DNA of 64,000 bases from Thermodesulfobacteriota bacterium (GTDB lineage Bacteria; Desulfobacterota_D; UBA1144; Nemesobacterales; UBA2774). Below are positions 36,315 to 46,086 of this stretch, in pieces. Position numbers and translations under genes: made by a program. The notes under the pieces were generated by a model. It was given only the letters and a program-made list of their open reading frames with translations, was not told the origin of the DNA and made no database searches. Location: NCBI GenBank assembly GCA_965216785.1, contig OZ244197.1:256001-320000 (forward strand), in the 5' to 3' direction. Positions within the stretch are counted from its first letter, which is position 1; every line of letters begins with the position of its first letter.

Positions 36315-37688
36315 ATGAAAAAATCAAGAATAGTGACACAGTTCGTCTGCCAAAACTGCGGGAACTCATCCCCCAGGTGGCTCGGGAAATGTCCGGGGTG
36401 CGGCGGCTGGAACACATATGTCGAAGAGCAGCAGGAGAGAACTAAGCGGGCATCGAAATCAGGTACTGTCTCAGAGCCTGTCCCAATTACGGAGATAAAA
36501 AGCAGCAGCGAGGACAGAGTTCCTACTGGAAATACCGAGCTCGATAGAGTGCTCGGAGGCGGGTTTGTCCCCGGCTCCGTAATACTTGTCGGCGGAGATC
36601 CCGGGATCGGGAAATCCACCCTGGCGCTTCAGATGCTCAATAACATAAGCGCTGCATCAGGGAATAAAAACGGCAACTTGCTATACGTCACAGGGGAAGA
36701 GTCGCCCGAGCAGGTGAAGATAAGGGCGGAAAGAACCGGGGTTGCCAGAGAAAGCGTTTATGTACTTTCAGCTACATCGGTTGAGAGCATCATTCAGGAG
36801 ATCAGCAGCCTGTCCCCTACCCTGGCGGTGATAGACTCGATACAAACTATGTATACCGAAGAGCTTGCTTCCGCCCCGGGGAGCGTGGGGCAGATAAGGG
36901 AGTGTACGGCAAAGCTCATGCAGCACGCTAAATCCAAAGGACCCGCTGTGTTTCTCATAGGACACGTTACAAAGGAGGGGGCCATTGCAGGCCCCAAAGT
37001 GCTTGAGCACCTTGTGGATACAGTCTTATATTTCGAGGGCGGTAAAGACCACCCGTTCAGGATTCTTCGGGCTGTAAAAAACAGATTCGGCTCGACAAAC
37101 GAAATAGGCGTTTTTGAGATGACGGACGGCGGGCTTAAAGAAGTTAGAAACCCTTCTGAGATATTCCTTTCGGAGCGTCCCGAGGGGGCATCAGGGTCTG
37201 TAGTAACGCCGAGCATTGAAGGTACAAGGCCTATATTGGTCGAGATACAGGCTCTCGTTTCGCCCTGCGGTTTTGGAATGCCCAGAAGGACGACTATCGG
37301 GCTTGATAATAACCGTGTGTCTTTACTACTCGCCGTGCTGGAAAAAAGAGCGGGTCTACAGATCCTCGGGCAGGACGTGTTCATGAACGTCGCAGGGGGG
37401 GTAAAGATTGAAGAGCCCGCCATTGATCTTGCGATCACCATGGCGCTCGTATCGAGCTTTCTAAATAAACCCGTAGACCCCGGGGTTGTAGTTTTCGGAG
37501 AGATAGGTCTTGCGGGCGAAATCAGGGGCGTGTCGCAGATAGAGATGAGGCTAAATGAAGCGGAAAAGCTAGGCTTCAATAAGTGCGTAATCCCCAAGAT
37601 AAACCTTGACAGGATCGGATCGTACGACAATGCTATAACGCTTGTCGGAGTCGATTCCGTAGAGAGCGCAATAGAAGAATTCTTCTAA
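36315..37688 (+). CDS. radA: DNA repair protein RadA/Sms
   Basis: CxxC..CxxC zinc finger, GGDPGIGKST, KNRFG and Lon-like C-terminus. Confidence 0.97.
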   Translation: MKKSRIVTQFVCQNCGNSSPRWLGKCPGCGGWNTYVEEQQERTKRASKSGTVSEPVPITEIKSSSEDRVPTGNTELDRVLGGGFVPGSVILVGGDPGIGKSTLALQMLNNISAASGNKNGNLLYVTGEESPEQVKIRAERTGVARESVYVLSATSVESIIQEISSLSPTLAVIDSIQTMYTEELASAPGSVGQIRECTAKLMQHAKSKGPAVFLIGHVTKEGAIAGPKVLEHLVDTVLYFEGGKDHPFRILRAVKNRFGSTNEIGVFEMTDGGLKEVRNPSEIFLSERPEGASGSVVTPSIEGTRPILVEIQALVSPCGFGMPRRTTIGLDNNRVSLLLAVLEKRAGLQILGQDVFMNVAGGVKIEEPAIDLAITMALVSSFLNKPVDPGVVVFGEIGLAGEIRGVSQIEMRLNEAEKLGFNKCVIPKINLDRIGSYDNAITLVGVDSVESAIEEFF

Positions 37689-37727
37689 TCCGCATCGGTA
37701 CAGAGACTAAACATAGAGCAGACAATC

Positions 37728-38552
37728 ATGAGTACAAAGAACAAAGAAGCGGCCATAGGTGTATTTGACTCGGGGGTGGGCGGACTTACGGTCGCAAGAG
37801 AAATAATGAAGAGACTGCCCAGAGAGAACCTGATTTATCTGGGTGATACGGCAAGGGTTCCTTACGGTACAAAATCGGAAAGGACCGTGATCGCGTATTC
37901 AAAAGGCAATGCCGGATTTCTGGTCTCAAAGGGAATAAAGCTATTGGTAGTAGCCTGCAACACTGCCTCCTCAGTATCGCTTCCCGCGCTCTCGGAGGAG
38001 CTTAATATACCCGTTATCGGAGTCATCGAGCCCGGAGCAAAGAAAGCCGCCGACTTAACCAAAACCGGCAAAGTGGGCGTAATCGGAACCTATTCTACAA
38101 TCAGGAGCAGTGCTTATAAAAACGCATTAGAGAGTATATCCCCTGAGATAGAAGTCTTCTCAAAACCATGCCCGCTTTTCGTAGGGCTCGCCGATGAGGG
38201 ATGGACCGAAGGTGAGATAACGGAGCTTATTGCCAGGCAGTACTTGAGTAATCTAAAAGAAACAGGGATCGATGTACTCGTACTTGGATGTACGCACTAC
38301 CCGCTGCTGAAAGCAGTTATTCAGAAAATTATGGGGGAGGAAATCGCCCTTGTGGACTCAGCCGAGGAGACTGCCCTTGAGATAGGGAGCGTACTTGACG
38401 GACTCGGAGAATTGAATAATGGCACGTCTAACGGGGCAAGGGATTTTTACCTTACAGACGTCTCAGACACATTCGTTTCGATTGCAGGCAGATTTTTAGG
38501 TGAGAAAATAGAGAATATAGAGATGGTGGATATTGCGGGAACGCCTAGCTAG
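37728..38552 (+). CDS. murI: Glutamate racemase
   Basis: FDSGVGG, RVPYG, ACNTA and LGCTHYP motifs. Confidence 0.97.
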   Translation: MSTKNKEAAIGVFDSGVGGLTVAREIMKRLPRENLIYLGDTARVPYGTKSERTVIAYSKGNAGFLVSKGIKLLVVACNTASSVSLPALSEELNIPVIGVIEPGAKKAADLTKTGKVGVIGTYSTIRSSAYKNALESISPEIEVFSKPCPLFVGLADEGWTEGEITELIARQYLSNLKETGIDVLVLGCTHYPLLKAVIQKIMGEEIALVDSAEETALEIGSVLDGLGELNNGTSNGARDFYLTDVSDTFVSIAGRFLGEKIENIEMVDIAGTPS

Positions 38553-38575
38553 ACGCTCCCGGTTCTTTGTTCAAT

Positions 38576-39571
38576 TTAACCTTCTGATACTAAGCTTTTT
38601 ACTTTAGCAGTAAATGGCGGAAGCACATCGAATAGATCACCCACAATACCATAGTCGCATTTCTGGAATATCGGGGCCTCCGGGTCTTTATTGATAGCAA
38701 CAATAACCTTAGACGAGCCCATTCCCGCAAAATGCTGTACCGAGCCTGAGATTGCAATCCCTACATAAAGATTAGGTGATATGGCCTTACCCGTCTGCCC
38801 GATCTGCATGTCGTATGGACAGTAGCCCGCGTCAACGGCGGCTCTTGTGGCGCCAGCGGCAGCTCCCAATATGTCAGCAAGCTCGTATATGTGTTTAAAG
38901 TTCTCTTCGCTTCCGAGTCCCCTGCCACCGGCAATGACTCTTTCAGCCTCAGTTAGCTCGGGGCGGTCGGACTCTTTCGTTTCAACCTCTATTACCTTAA
39001 TCTTTATATCAGACGGGTTTATTTCCACGCCGCCATCTACGATTTCAGGGTCCTTGGGGTTTTCCACTGCTTTAAATGAGTTCGGCCTTACCGTGGTCAT
39101 CATCGGGTAATTCTGGTGGAACACCTGTGTGGGGATAGCTTTACTCGAATGTGAATAGCGCTCGATCTTAAGGGTGTTCTGATCGCTCAAGTCTATATCT
39201 ATGGCGTCCATTGTGACTCCGGCGCCCACGCGCGCCGCTACCCTTGGGAAGTAGTCCTGACCGAACACAGTGTTTCCACCTATAACGACTGCAGGCTCGT
39301 GCTTTTTAATAAGCTCACTAAGAGCGATGGTATAGCCTTCGGTATTAAAGTCTTTTAATAAATCATTGTCCACGACGTAAACCTTCTCAGCACCGTACTT
39401 GCCAAGTGATGCCGCGTGCCCCGAAACTCCAGAGCCAATTAGCACTCCGCACAGCTTACCGCCGAGCTTTCCAGCTATCTTCTGTCCGGCCTCTGAAAGC
39501 GCCTCATAAGTAACCTGTCTTACGCTGCCGTCTATTTTTAAATCAGCTACAACCCATACTTCGTTACTCAT
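38576..39571 (-). CDS. etfA: Electron transfer flavoprotein alpha subunit
   Basis: GGRGLG, GATRAAVDAG, QIGQTGK, ISGSVQH and AINKDPEAPIF motifs. Confidence 0.95.
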   Translation of the reverse strand: MSNEVWVVADLKIDGSVRQVTYEALSEAGQKIAGKLGGKLCGVLIGSGVSGHAASLGKYGAEKVYVVDNDLLKDFNTEGYTIALSELIKKHEPAVVIGGNTVFGQDYFPRVAARVGAGVTMDAIDIDLSDQNTLKIERYSHSSKAIPTQVFHQNYPMMTTVRPNSFKAVENPKDPEIVDGGVEINPSDIKIKVIEVETKESDRPELTEAERVIAGGRGLGSEENFKHIYELADILGAAAGATRAAVDAGYCPYDMQIGQTGKAISPNLYVGIAISGSVQHFAGMGSSKVIVAINKDPEAPIFQKCDYGIVGDLFDVLPPFTAKVKSLVSEG

Positions 39572-39601
39572 AGTATTCCTCCTGAAATTTGGACAATAAA
39601 G

Positions 39602-40441
39602 TTATATAACCTTGGCCTCTTCCCTAAGGAGCTTTATCAGCTCTTCAGCGGCTCTCTCTACCTCTTCCCCTTTTACCATAGGCTCGTCGCTTCCTTTGAT
39701 TATAGTCAGTTTTCTTTCGATCTCAGGCACTTTCATCTGAGTAGTCTTCACCCTCGCGCCGTCTTTTCCGAGCGCTTCAGCGCTCAGCCCGAGCTCTCCG
39801 AGGTTAATATCCCCGGCTTCGACTACCGTAAGAGGTTTTTTCTTTGCCTTCATGATCCCTGGGAGCGAAGCGTAGCGGGGTTCATTCATTGCGTCAGGGC
39901 ATGTAATGAGACACGGGAGCGGTACTTCCACCGTAACGTGTCCGCCGTCGATCTCTTTTTGGCACACGGCCTTTTTCCCAGCGGGGTCAACTTCGATAAC
40001 TTTACTTACGAGCGATACGTGAGGTATTCCGAGCTCCTCGGCTACCTGAACGCCTACTTGTCCCGATTCTTCGTCGATAATCTTCATTCCGGTAAATACG
40101 ATGTCGAATTCCCCAAGCTTTTTTATCTCGCTGCCAATAACTTTACCGACAGTGAATGAATCCGTATCCGCAAAACCCTCACCTTTAATATGAACAGCGC
40201 TGTCGGCACCCATTGCCAGGGCCTGCCTAATGGTCTCAAGCACTCTGTCAGGACCGATGGAGATGATAACTACTTCCCCGCCGTGTTTTTCTTTTGTCTG
40301 AATAGCCTCTTCAACAGCGAACTCGTCGTAAGGGTTCATGATCCATTTCATTCCGCCCGTGTCTATCGAATCACCGCTTGAAGAGACATGTATTTTTGCC
40401 TCAGTGTCCTGTGTTTGACTCACCAGTACGAGTATTTTCAC
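39602..40441 (-). CDS. etfB: Electron transfer flavoprotein beta subunit
   Basis: NPYDEFAVEEA, ALAMGAD and NEPRYASLPGIMKAKKK motifs; AGGAGG SD. Confidence 0.95.
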   Translation of the reverse strand: MKILVLVSQTQDTEAKIHVSSSGDSIDTGGMKWIMNPYDEFAVEEAIQTKEKHGGEVVIISIGPDRVLETIRQALAMGADSAVHIKGEGFADTDSFTVGKVIGSEIKKLGEFDIVFTGMKIIDEESGQVGVQVAEELGIPHVSLVSKVIEVDPAGKKAVCQKEIDGGHVTVEVPLPCLITCPDAMNEPRYASLPGIMKAKKKPLTVVEAGDINLGELGLSAEALGKDGARVKTTQMKVPEIERKLTIIKGSDEPMVKGEEVERAAEELIKLLREEAKVI

Positions 40442-40579
40442 TTGTTTCTACCTCCTTTAAAAATCTGAAAAACTAGAATGAAACACTACAGTTTGATAGC
40501 ATATTGTTGTTAAACTTAAAAAATTTCCCGGAACATAAAACTCAATACTTTACAGATGCAAAATAACCGGGGGTAGGTA

Positions 40580-40607
40580 ATTATAAATATTGACATTTCC
40601 TTGTCAA
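40580..40607 (-). promoter_or_regulatory. Consensus sigma70 promoter of etfBA with an overlapping palindrome
   Basis: Minus strand TTGACA-N16-TATAAT; positions 40590-40607 form TTGACA-N6-TGTCAA. Confidence 0.65.
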
Positions 40608-40725
40608 GAAAATAAGAACCCTGCGCTCGGAACGTCGTGTCGTCCGAGAGACAGGTTTGTAAGATTGTTACTAATAGAGTATAAGTAGGAGGCTTAAACC
40701 TTGGGTTTTCTGACGGTAAGATGAA

Positions 40726-41595
40726 ATGAATATAACCGTTCTATACATAATACTGCTTGTATTCACTATCACTACCTGGGGATACTCATGGGTGCTGATG
40801 AAAATGGGGCTCGGATACAGTGAGCCCTTCACTTTTGCTGCTTGGAGGTGCGCCATTGGAGCTGTGTCCATGATGATCTACCTCAGCCTCCGGCCCGTGA
40901 AATGGCCCACTTTAAAAAAACTACCCGACTACATAGCCATCGGGCTTTTTCAAACTACCTTCATGTTCGGCTTAATGCTTTACGGCATGAAGTACGTGAC
41001 AGCCGGAAAGACCTCTGTGCTGCTTTATACAATGCCTATCTGGACGATCCTCTTGGTGAACTTTTATTTAAAGGAAAAACTAAGTTCGCGTAAGTGGATC
41101 GGCGTAACACTCGGAACCGCGGGGATCATCTGCATCCTCGGCTGGGATACGCTCGTCAATCAAAACTTAACGATACTTATGGGAGAGCTGTTGATATTGG
41201 CAGGCGCGGTATCCTGGGCAGTCTCGAATATCTGGATTAAAAAGCGGATGGTAGGAGAAGATATCTATGCCATGAGCGGACTGCAGCTAGCGTTCGGGGC
41301 CTTGGGACTCGTGCTGCTCGCGGCCCCAACTGAGGGTGTTTTCAATGTGGACTGGAACGCGCACTCTATATATATACTTTTATTTACTGGGATAATCGCT
41401 TCAGCAGTCGATTTTACAATATGGTTTTATCTACTTAAGAAGATGGATATCAGCATACTGACTTTTTCATCAATGTTGGTCCCGGTTTTCGGCCTTTTAT
41501 TCGACTGGCTTTTATTGGGAAGCCCGCTTGACCCCGGAATTATCGTCGGGGGACTTTTGATCCTGAGCGGAATATATAAGGTGTCTAAAGCTTAA
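40726..41595 (+). CDS. DMT (EamA) family transporter
   Basis: Ten TM helices in two EamA repeats (WGYSWV, YTMPIW, LKEKL). Confidence 0.92.
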   Translation: MNITVLYIILLVFTITTWGYSWVLMKMGLGYSEPFTFAAWRCAIGAVSMMIYLSLRPVKWPTLKKLPDYIAIGLFQTTFMFGLMLYGMKYVTAGKTSVLLYTMPIWTILLVNFYLKEKLSSRKWIGVTLGTAGIICILGWDTLVNQNLTILMGELLILAGAVSWAVSNIWIKKRMVGEDIYAMSGLQLAFGALGLVLLAAPTEGVFNVDWNAHSIYILLFTGIIASAVDFTIWFYLLKKMDISILTFSSMLVPVFGLLFDWLLLGSPLDPGIIVGGLLILSGIYKVSKA

Positions 41596-41730
41596 CTTCC
41601 GCCACTAATTGATAAAGCGCTAATTTGCCGTGTAATTTAGCGGGGCCATTGGGTATACTGTGAAATGGTTTGAAGAGGGCAAGTGAAATTCTTATCGAAA
41701 ACTAATTTTAGTCCCGAATAACATTTAATT

Positions 41731-44700
41731 ATGCGCCGCAAAATCTTACTCACCGTACTTATTTTCTTCATCCTCGTAATAATCCTTTTAGTAGGCGCTT
41801 TTTTCTTCACCCAGACCCAGTATTTCAGAGATTTCGCCAGAAGGACTACTGAAAGTATCGTAAGCTCAACCACAGGGCAGGAGTTTACGATAGGGAGCCT
41901 TGAAGGAAACTTCTTTAACAATATAAAGCTTACAGACGTCTCATTCAAAGTGGAAGGTGAGAGCTTCGTTACGGTAAAACAAGTCTCTCTCGATTACTCT
42001 ATTCCGCAAATGCTGGATGGCTCTTTACTGTTCAGCAAGATCATTCCCATTTACGATCTGAAAATTAACGAACTTGATGTAAATATGGTGAAGTACAGTG
42101 ACGGTACGTGGAACTTCGCAAAGATCGGAAGCAAAGAAGAGAAGGAAGAAGAGGAAAAGAAAGAGGAGAAGGAAAATACTTTCCCCGATTGGACTATAAA
42201 CCTAAACAAATTTCTTCTTACGAAAGGCGAGATAAAGATTGATGACAGAGAGTCGGGAAAGGTCAGCGCGTTCACGATACCCGAAATAGATTTGAGTGTT
42301 AACTTGATCGACATATTCCGGGAAATAGAGCTTGATTTAAAAAACGCGGATGTCTACGCAACCTCCCCCGAGCTTCGTGTCGAGGACCTCTCCGTTAAAG
42401 CCTACTATTCCCAGGAAAAAGCGGACATAGATAATCTAACAGTATTACTTAACGGCTCTGAGATTAAGCTCAACGCGAAAGCCTCGGCTCTTGAAACGAG
42501 CCCGGAGTTCTCTTACGATGCTTCGGTCTCAAATTACACGCTTGAGAACCTGGGAACTGTAAGCGTAAATACTAAAGGAAGCGGAGAGTTTAAAGATAAG
42601 AAGGAACTGAACGCTAAAGCTAGTATAGAAATTCCGGAGTCCGAGATGCTGGGGAGAAAGCTCACGGGAGAGATCGAGGAAATAAGTGTGAGCGGATCAT
42701 CGCTCAAGATCGGCGGCGGCAATATAAAAAGTGAGCTTGGTGAAATAAAAATTAGCGGAAGCGGCAACCTGTCGCGCTTAATAACAAAAGAGGGCGCGAA
42801 CAACTTCAGCCTCGACGTTTCACTTAACGACGTGAAGACCAAAGAGATATTCTCACTATTAAAAGAACAGAAAGAGACCCAGCCAAAGGGGCTCAACACA
42901 GAGCTCGGCGCGACTTTAAACGCGACTCTACACGCCGAGGCCGATTGGGTCGAACCGAGTGATATGATCGTCAAAGGCAACATAGACGAATTTGAGATAA
43001 AAGGTGATAAAGCAGGTGACTTGAAGTTAGACGGTTTAGTAGAATATACCAAAACGAATCTCGGTATCGACATTACGTCGAGCTTAAGCAAAGTCGATCT
43101 GTCCCAAATACTTGATAACGGCGGTCTCGCGAGCCAGATCACTTCTGAGCTTGCTATTAAAGGTAATATTCCCCTTGAAGGGAATGTCCTTCAAAGCTTA
43201 TCGGCCCAAGTGAAGGGGGATATTGAGCCCTCAAGCATATTCGGTATCGATATAACAAACGGCAACGTGGATATATCGCTTGAAAATGAGTTTCTGGACG
43301 TAAAGGCACTAGCTATAAACTCGAACGATTTCACTCTCACAGCACGAGGCAATAAAGCGAGCGGACAAGGTGTTGATCTGAACTACGAGCTTGAAGCTAA
43401 GGACTTGAGCTTCGTCTCAAGCTTTGTATCGGACACCGAGTTTGCAGGAGCTTTGAAAGCCACGGGGGACGTAAAGGGTGAGCTAACCAGCCCACAAGTG
43501 AGCATCGATCTTGAGGCAACTGAGTTGAACGTAAAAGAAGGAATGGGCGCAGAGAACATGACTCTTAAAGGAAACGGCACTATTGATCTTGCAAACCCTG
43601 ATCTGAAAGCTGAATTAAAGATAACTAACGCCATGGTCGACAACAGAGTTTTTGAGAGCATCGATGTTAATGCCCGGAGTGAGGCAGGGGGAATTAACAT
43701 TGTCACTGATATAAAAGAGAACGATCAGTTCATTTACGATATTGATGCTTTAATAAGTGGATTGAGCGATCAGCAGAAGAGGATAGAGATAACCGAATTG
43801 AAATTATTTGTAGAGGGCCATGAGCTTGATAACAAAGACAACATAGTCGTCAAATTTGACCAAGAACAGCTGATAGTAGAGAACTTTAACCTTTACCGAG
43901 ATACAAGCTCTATGACAGTAGATGCAAACATTGACTATGACGGCGCTATAAATGTACAAGCAAGGCTTAATAAAATAAGCCTAGACAATATTAGTAAGGC
44001 GCTTCAACTAAAAAAACCGTTTCAGGGCACACTGTCGGCAAACCTGAATGCACAGGGCACTATGGAGAGTCCCCAGATTAACGCGGATATTAAAACCCAA
44101 GGCTTTAGTTATGAAGAATTCCAAAACGATATCTCGCTTAATCTTTCCTACCTCTCTCAGAGCCTAAACCTGAAATTTCTGCTTACAGATGGTTCTTCGA
44201 CAATTATGGACGCAACGGGTAGCGCTAACGTTGATTTAAATTTGACGAAGATCGGTGAGAATCTCGAGAAAGGAACATTCAATCTCTCAATAACATCCGA
44301 GGGTGTAAACCTAAGCCCGGTTGCAAGCCTTGTCGATGAGATCGAAAAGTCCGAAGGGACATTGATAGTGGACCTAAGGGCTTCGGGCAGCTTAACGAGC
44401 CCAAACGTAAACGGGACAATTAGATTAGATGAGGCAACTTTTAAGATAAAGTCTCTTAGAAACGAATTTACATTCACAGACGCGGTAATCGAAATGAACG
44501 GGCAAAGGGGCACATTTAAGAATATGGAGATCGTCTCCGACGGAGGAACCGGGGTTTTCGAAGGCGACATCAACCTTTCCCCGCTCTCTTATACGATTAG
44601 CGGAACCATGGATAAATTCATTATCAAACCCGAGAGGATTAAATCCGCTCTTAGCGGGGATATAAAAGTTAGCGGTGACTCTGACAAACTGGACGTAGCT

Positions 44701-45558
44701 GGGAAGATAACTATAAGCAGAAGTCGCATTACTATTCCCGACGAGCCTCAAAAGGAGGTCGAGGATATCCAGTTTGTAGATGAAGACTCAGAAGAGGAAA
44801 TTCGTATCGGTGAAGGAACGAAAACGGATTTCTTTAAGGATAACGTAGCTCTTGATCTCGAAGTGACGATGACAAAGAACAACTGGGTAAGGGGGCGGGG
44901 AGCCAACATCGAGCTTAGAGGTAACCTTGATATAAAGAAAAAACAGCATGAAAACGTAAGAATTGTGGGTGATATCAGAACGGTTAGGGGAACCTATGAG
45001 AATTTTGGCAAGCTGTTCAGAATCGAAGAAGGCAACGTAAGTTTTTCTGGTGGAACGGAAATTAACCCGTTTCTTGATATAAAGGCTCTCTATAGGGTGT
45101 CTGACAATAATATATATATAAATATCGGGGGAAGAGCTAAATCACCCGAGATAAAGCTGACAAGCGACCCTGCGATGACTGAGACAGACATAGTCTCTTA
45201 TCTATTATTTGGTGTTTCCTCCTCCGATATCGGCTCGAATGAAAGACAGTCCGTTCAGAATGTCGCAACCGGAGTGGCGGGCGGAATTGCCGCAGCTCAG
45301 CTGGAAAGGCTGCTGGGACCCGCAATCTCGCTTGATGTAGTGAGCGTTGACGCAAATCAAGTAGAGGTGGGCAAATACCTGACTCAAGATCTCTATATTG
45401 CCTACAGACGCGCTGCATCCGAATCAATAGTAGACTCCACCAATATAACCACAAATATTGTGCTAGTAGAGTATCAAATATTCAAAAACATAACCATCGA
45501 CGCGGAAGTCGGCGGGGAAAACCCGGGCGCCGACCTATTCTATAATTTCAACTACTAA
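41731..45558 (+). CDS. tamB: Translocation/assembly module TamB-like protein
   Basis: N-terminal TM anchor, long beta-rich region and DUF490-type C-terminus (LTSDPAM..DIVSYLLFG, VEVGKYL, DLFYNFNY). Confidence 0.85.
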   Translation: MRRKILLTVLIFFILVIILLVGAFFFTQTQYFRDFARRTTESIVSSTTGQEFTIGSLEGNFFNNIKLTDVSFKVEGESFVTVKQVSLDYSIPQMLDGSLLFSKIIPIYDLKINELDVNMVKYSDGTWNFAKIGSKEEKEEEEKKEEKENTFPDWTINLNKFLLTKGEIKIDDRESGKVSAFTIPEIDLSVNLIDIFREIELDLKNADVYATSPELRVEDLSVKAYYSQEKADIDNLTVLLNGSEIKLNAKASALETSPEFSYDASVSNYTLENLGTVSVNTKGSGEFKDKKELNAKASIEIPESEMLGRKLTGEIEEISVSGSSLKIGGGNIKSELGEIKISGSGNLSRLITKEGANNFSLDVSLNDVKTKEIFSLLKEQKETQPKGLNTELGATLNATLHAEADWVEPSDMIVKGNIDEFEIKGDKAGDLKLDGLVEYTKTNLGIDITSSLSKVDLSQILDNGGLASQITSELAIKGNIPLEGNVLQSLSAQVKGDIEPSSIFGIDITNGNVDISLENEFLDVKALAINSNDFTLTARGNKASGQGVDLNYELEAKDLSFVSSFVSDTEFAGALKATGDVKGELTSPQVSIDLEATELNVKEGMGAENMTLKGNGTIDLANPDLKAELKITNAMVDNRVFESIDVNARSEAGGINIVTDIKENDQFIYDIDALISGLSDQQKRIEITELKLFVEGHELDNKDNIVVKFDQEQLIVENFNLYRDTSSMTVDANIDYDGAINVQARLNKISLDNISKALQLKKPFQGTLSANLNAQGTMESPQINADIKTQGFSYEEFQNDISLNLSYLSQSLNLKFLLTDGSSTIMDATGSANVDLNLTKIGENLEKGTFNLSITSEGVNLSPVASLVDEIEKSEGTLIVDLRASGSLTSPNVNGTIRLDEATFKIKSLRNEFTFTDAVIEMNGQRGTFKNMEIVSDGGTGVFEGDINLSPLSYTISGTMDKFIIKPERIKSALSGDIKVSGDSDKLDVAGKITISRSRITIPDEPQKEVEDIQFVDEDSEEEIRIGEGTKTDFFKDNVALDLEVTMTKNNWVRGRGANIELRGNLDIKKKQHENVRIVGDIRTVRGTYENFGKLFRIEEGNVSFSGGTEINPFLDIKALYRVSDNNIYINIGGRAKSPEIKLTSDPAMTETDIVSYLLFGVSSSDIGSNERQSVQNVATGVAGGIAAAQLERLLGPAISLDVVSVDANQVEVGKYLTQDLYIAYRRAASESIVDSTNITTNIVLVEYQIFKNITIDAEVGGENPGADLFYNFNY

Positions 45559-45572
45559 GCACTATAAAATAA

Positions 45573-46001
45573 TCACTGTAAGCTTTCATTAGATGATACT
45601 TCTCCGCCTGGAGTGGGCATAGGGGAAGCGTGATGGACGCTAAGAAGCCACGAGGTGCCGGAGCGTACGAAGATATTGGTAGACTGAGCAAACCCCGACT
45701 GTACTTCGTCTCCCAGCCTGTGGCTTATTTTTTCAATGCATATAACCCAGGCCACATCTCCCGAGACCTCTGCCCTCACATCCGAAAGCTCGATTCCGAT
45801 CGGCCCGCCGTTTTCAAAAATACTTTTCCAGCTCTCACCCACCGCTTCCCATCCGTAGAGCATCGGCCATCCGGGATGAACACATTTGTCTTCCTCACTT
45901 CCTACCCATAGCTCTTCCATTCGCGTAAAGTCACTTTCTTCAATCGCCCGGTAGAAATTCTCATTCGCTGAAATCACTTCTTCTTGTAATTTTTCTTTCA
46001 T
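45573..46001 (-). CDS. NTF2 / SnoaL-like protein
   Basis: ANENFYRAIE, CVHPGW, TNIF and HHASP motifs. Confidence 0.88.
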   Translation of the reverse strand: MKEKLQEEVISANENFYRAIEESDFTRMEELWVGSEEDKCVHPGWPMLYGWEAVGESWKSIFENGGPIGIELSDVRAEVSGDVAWVICIEKISHRLGDEVQSGFAQSTNIFVRSGTSWLLSVHHASPMPTPGGEVSSNESLQ

Positions 46002-46086
46002 ATAACCTCGCCAGACACTCTCTTAAAGAAGGTGTTTGTTCTTATATTTTAACGAAGTATGCGGCAATAAACCATATCGCAAGCTC

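Noticed and set aside
36794-37630. 278-aa antisense ORF within radA, and the many other shadow ORFs in the track
   Set aside because: They lie wholly opposite or inside well-supported genes, have the Ser/Pro/Ile-rich composition typical of antisense frames, and show no motifs.
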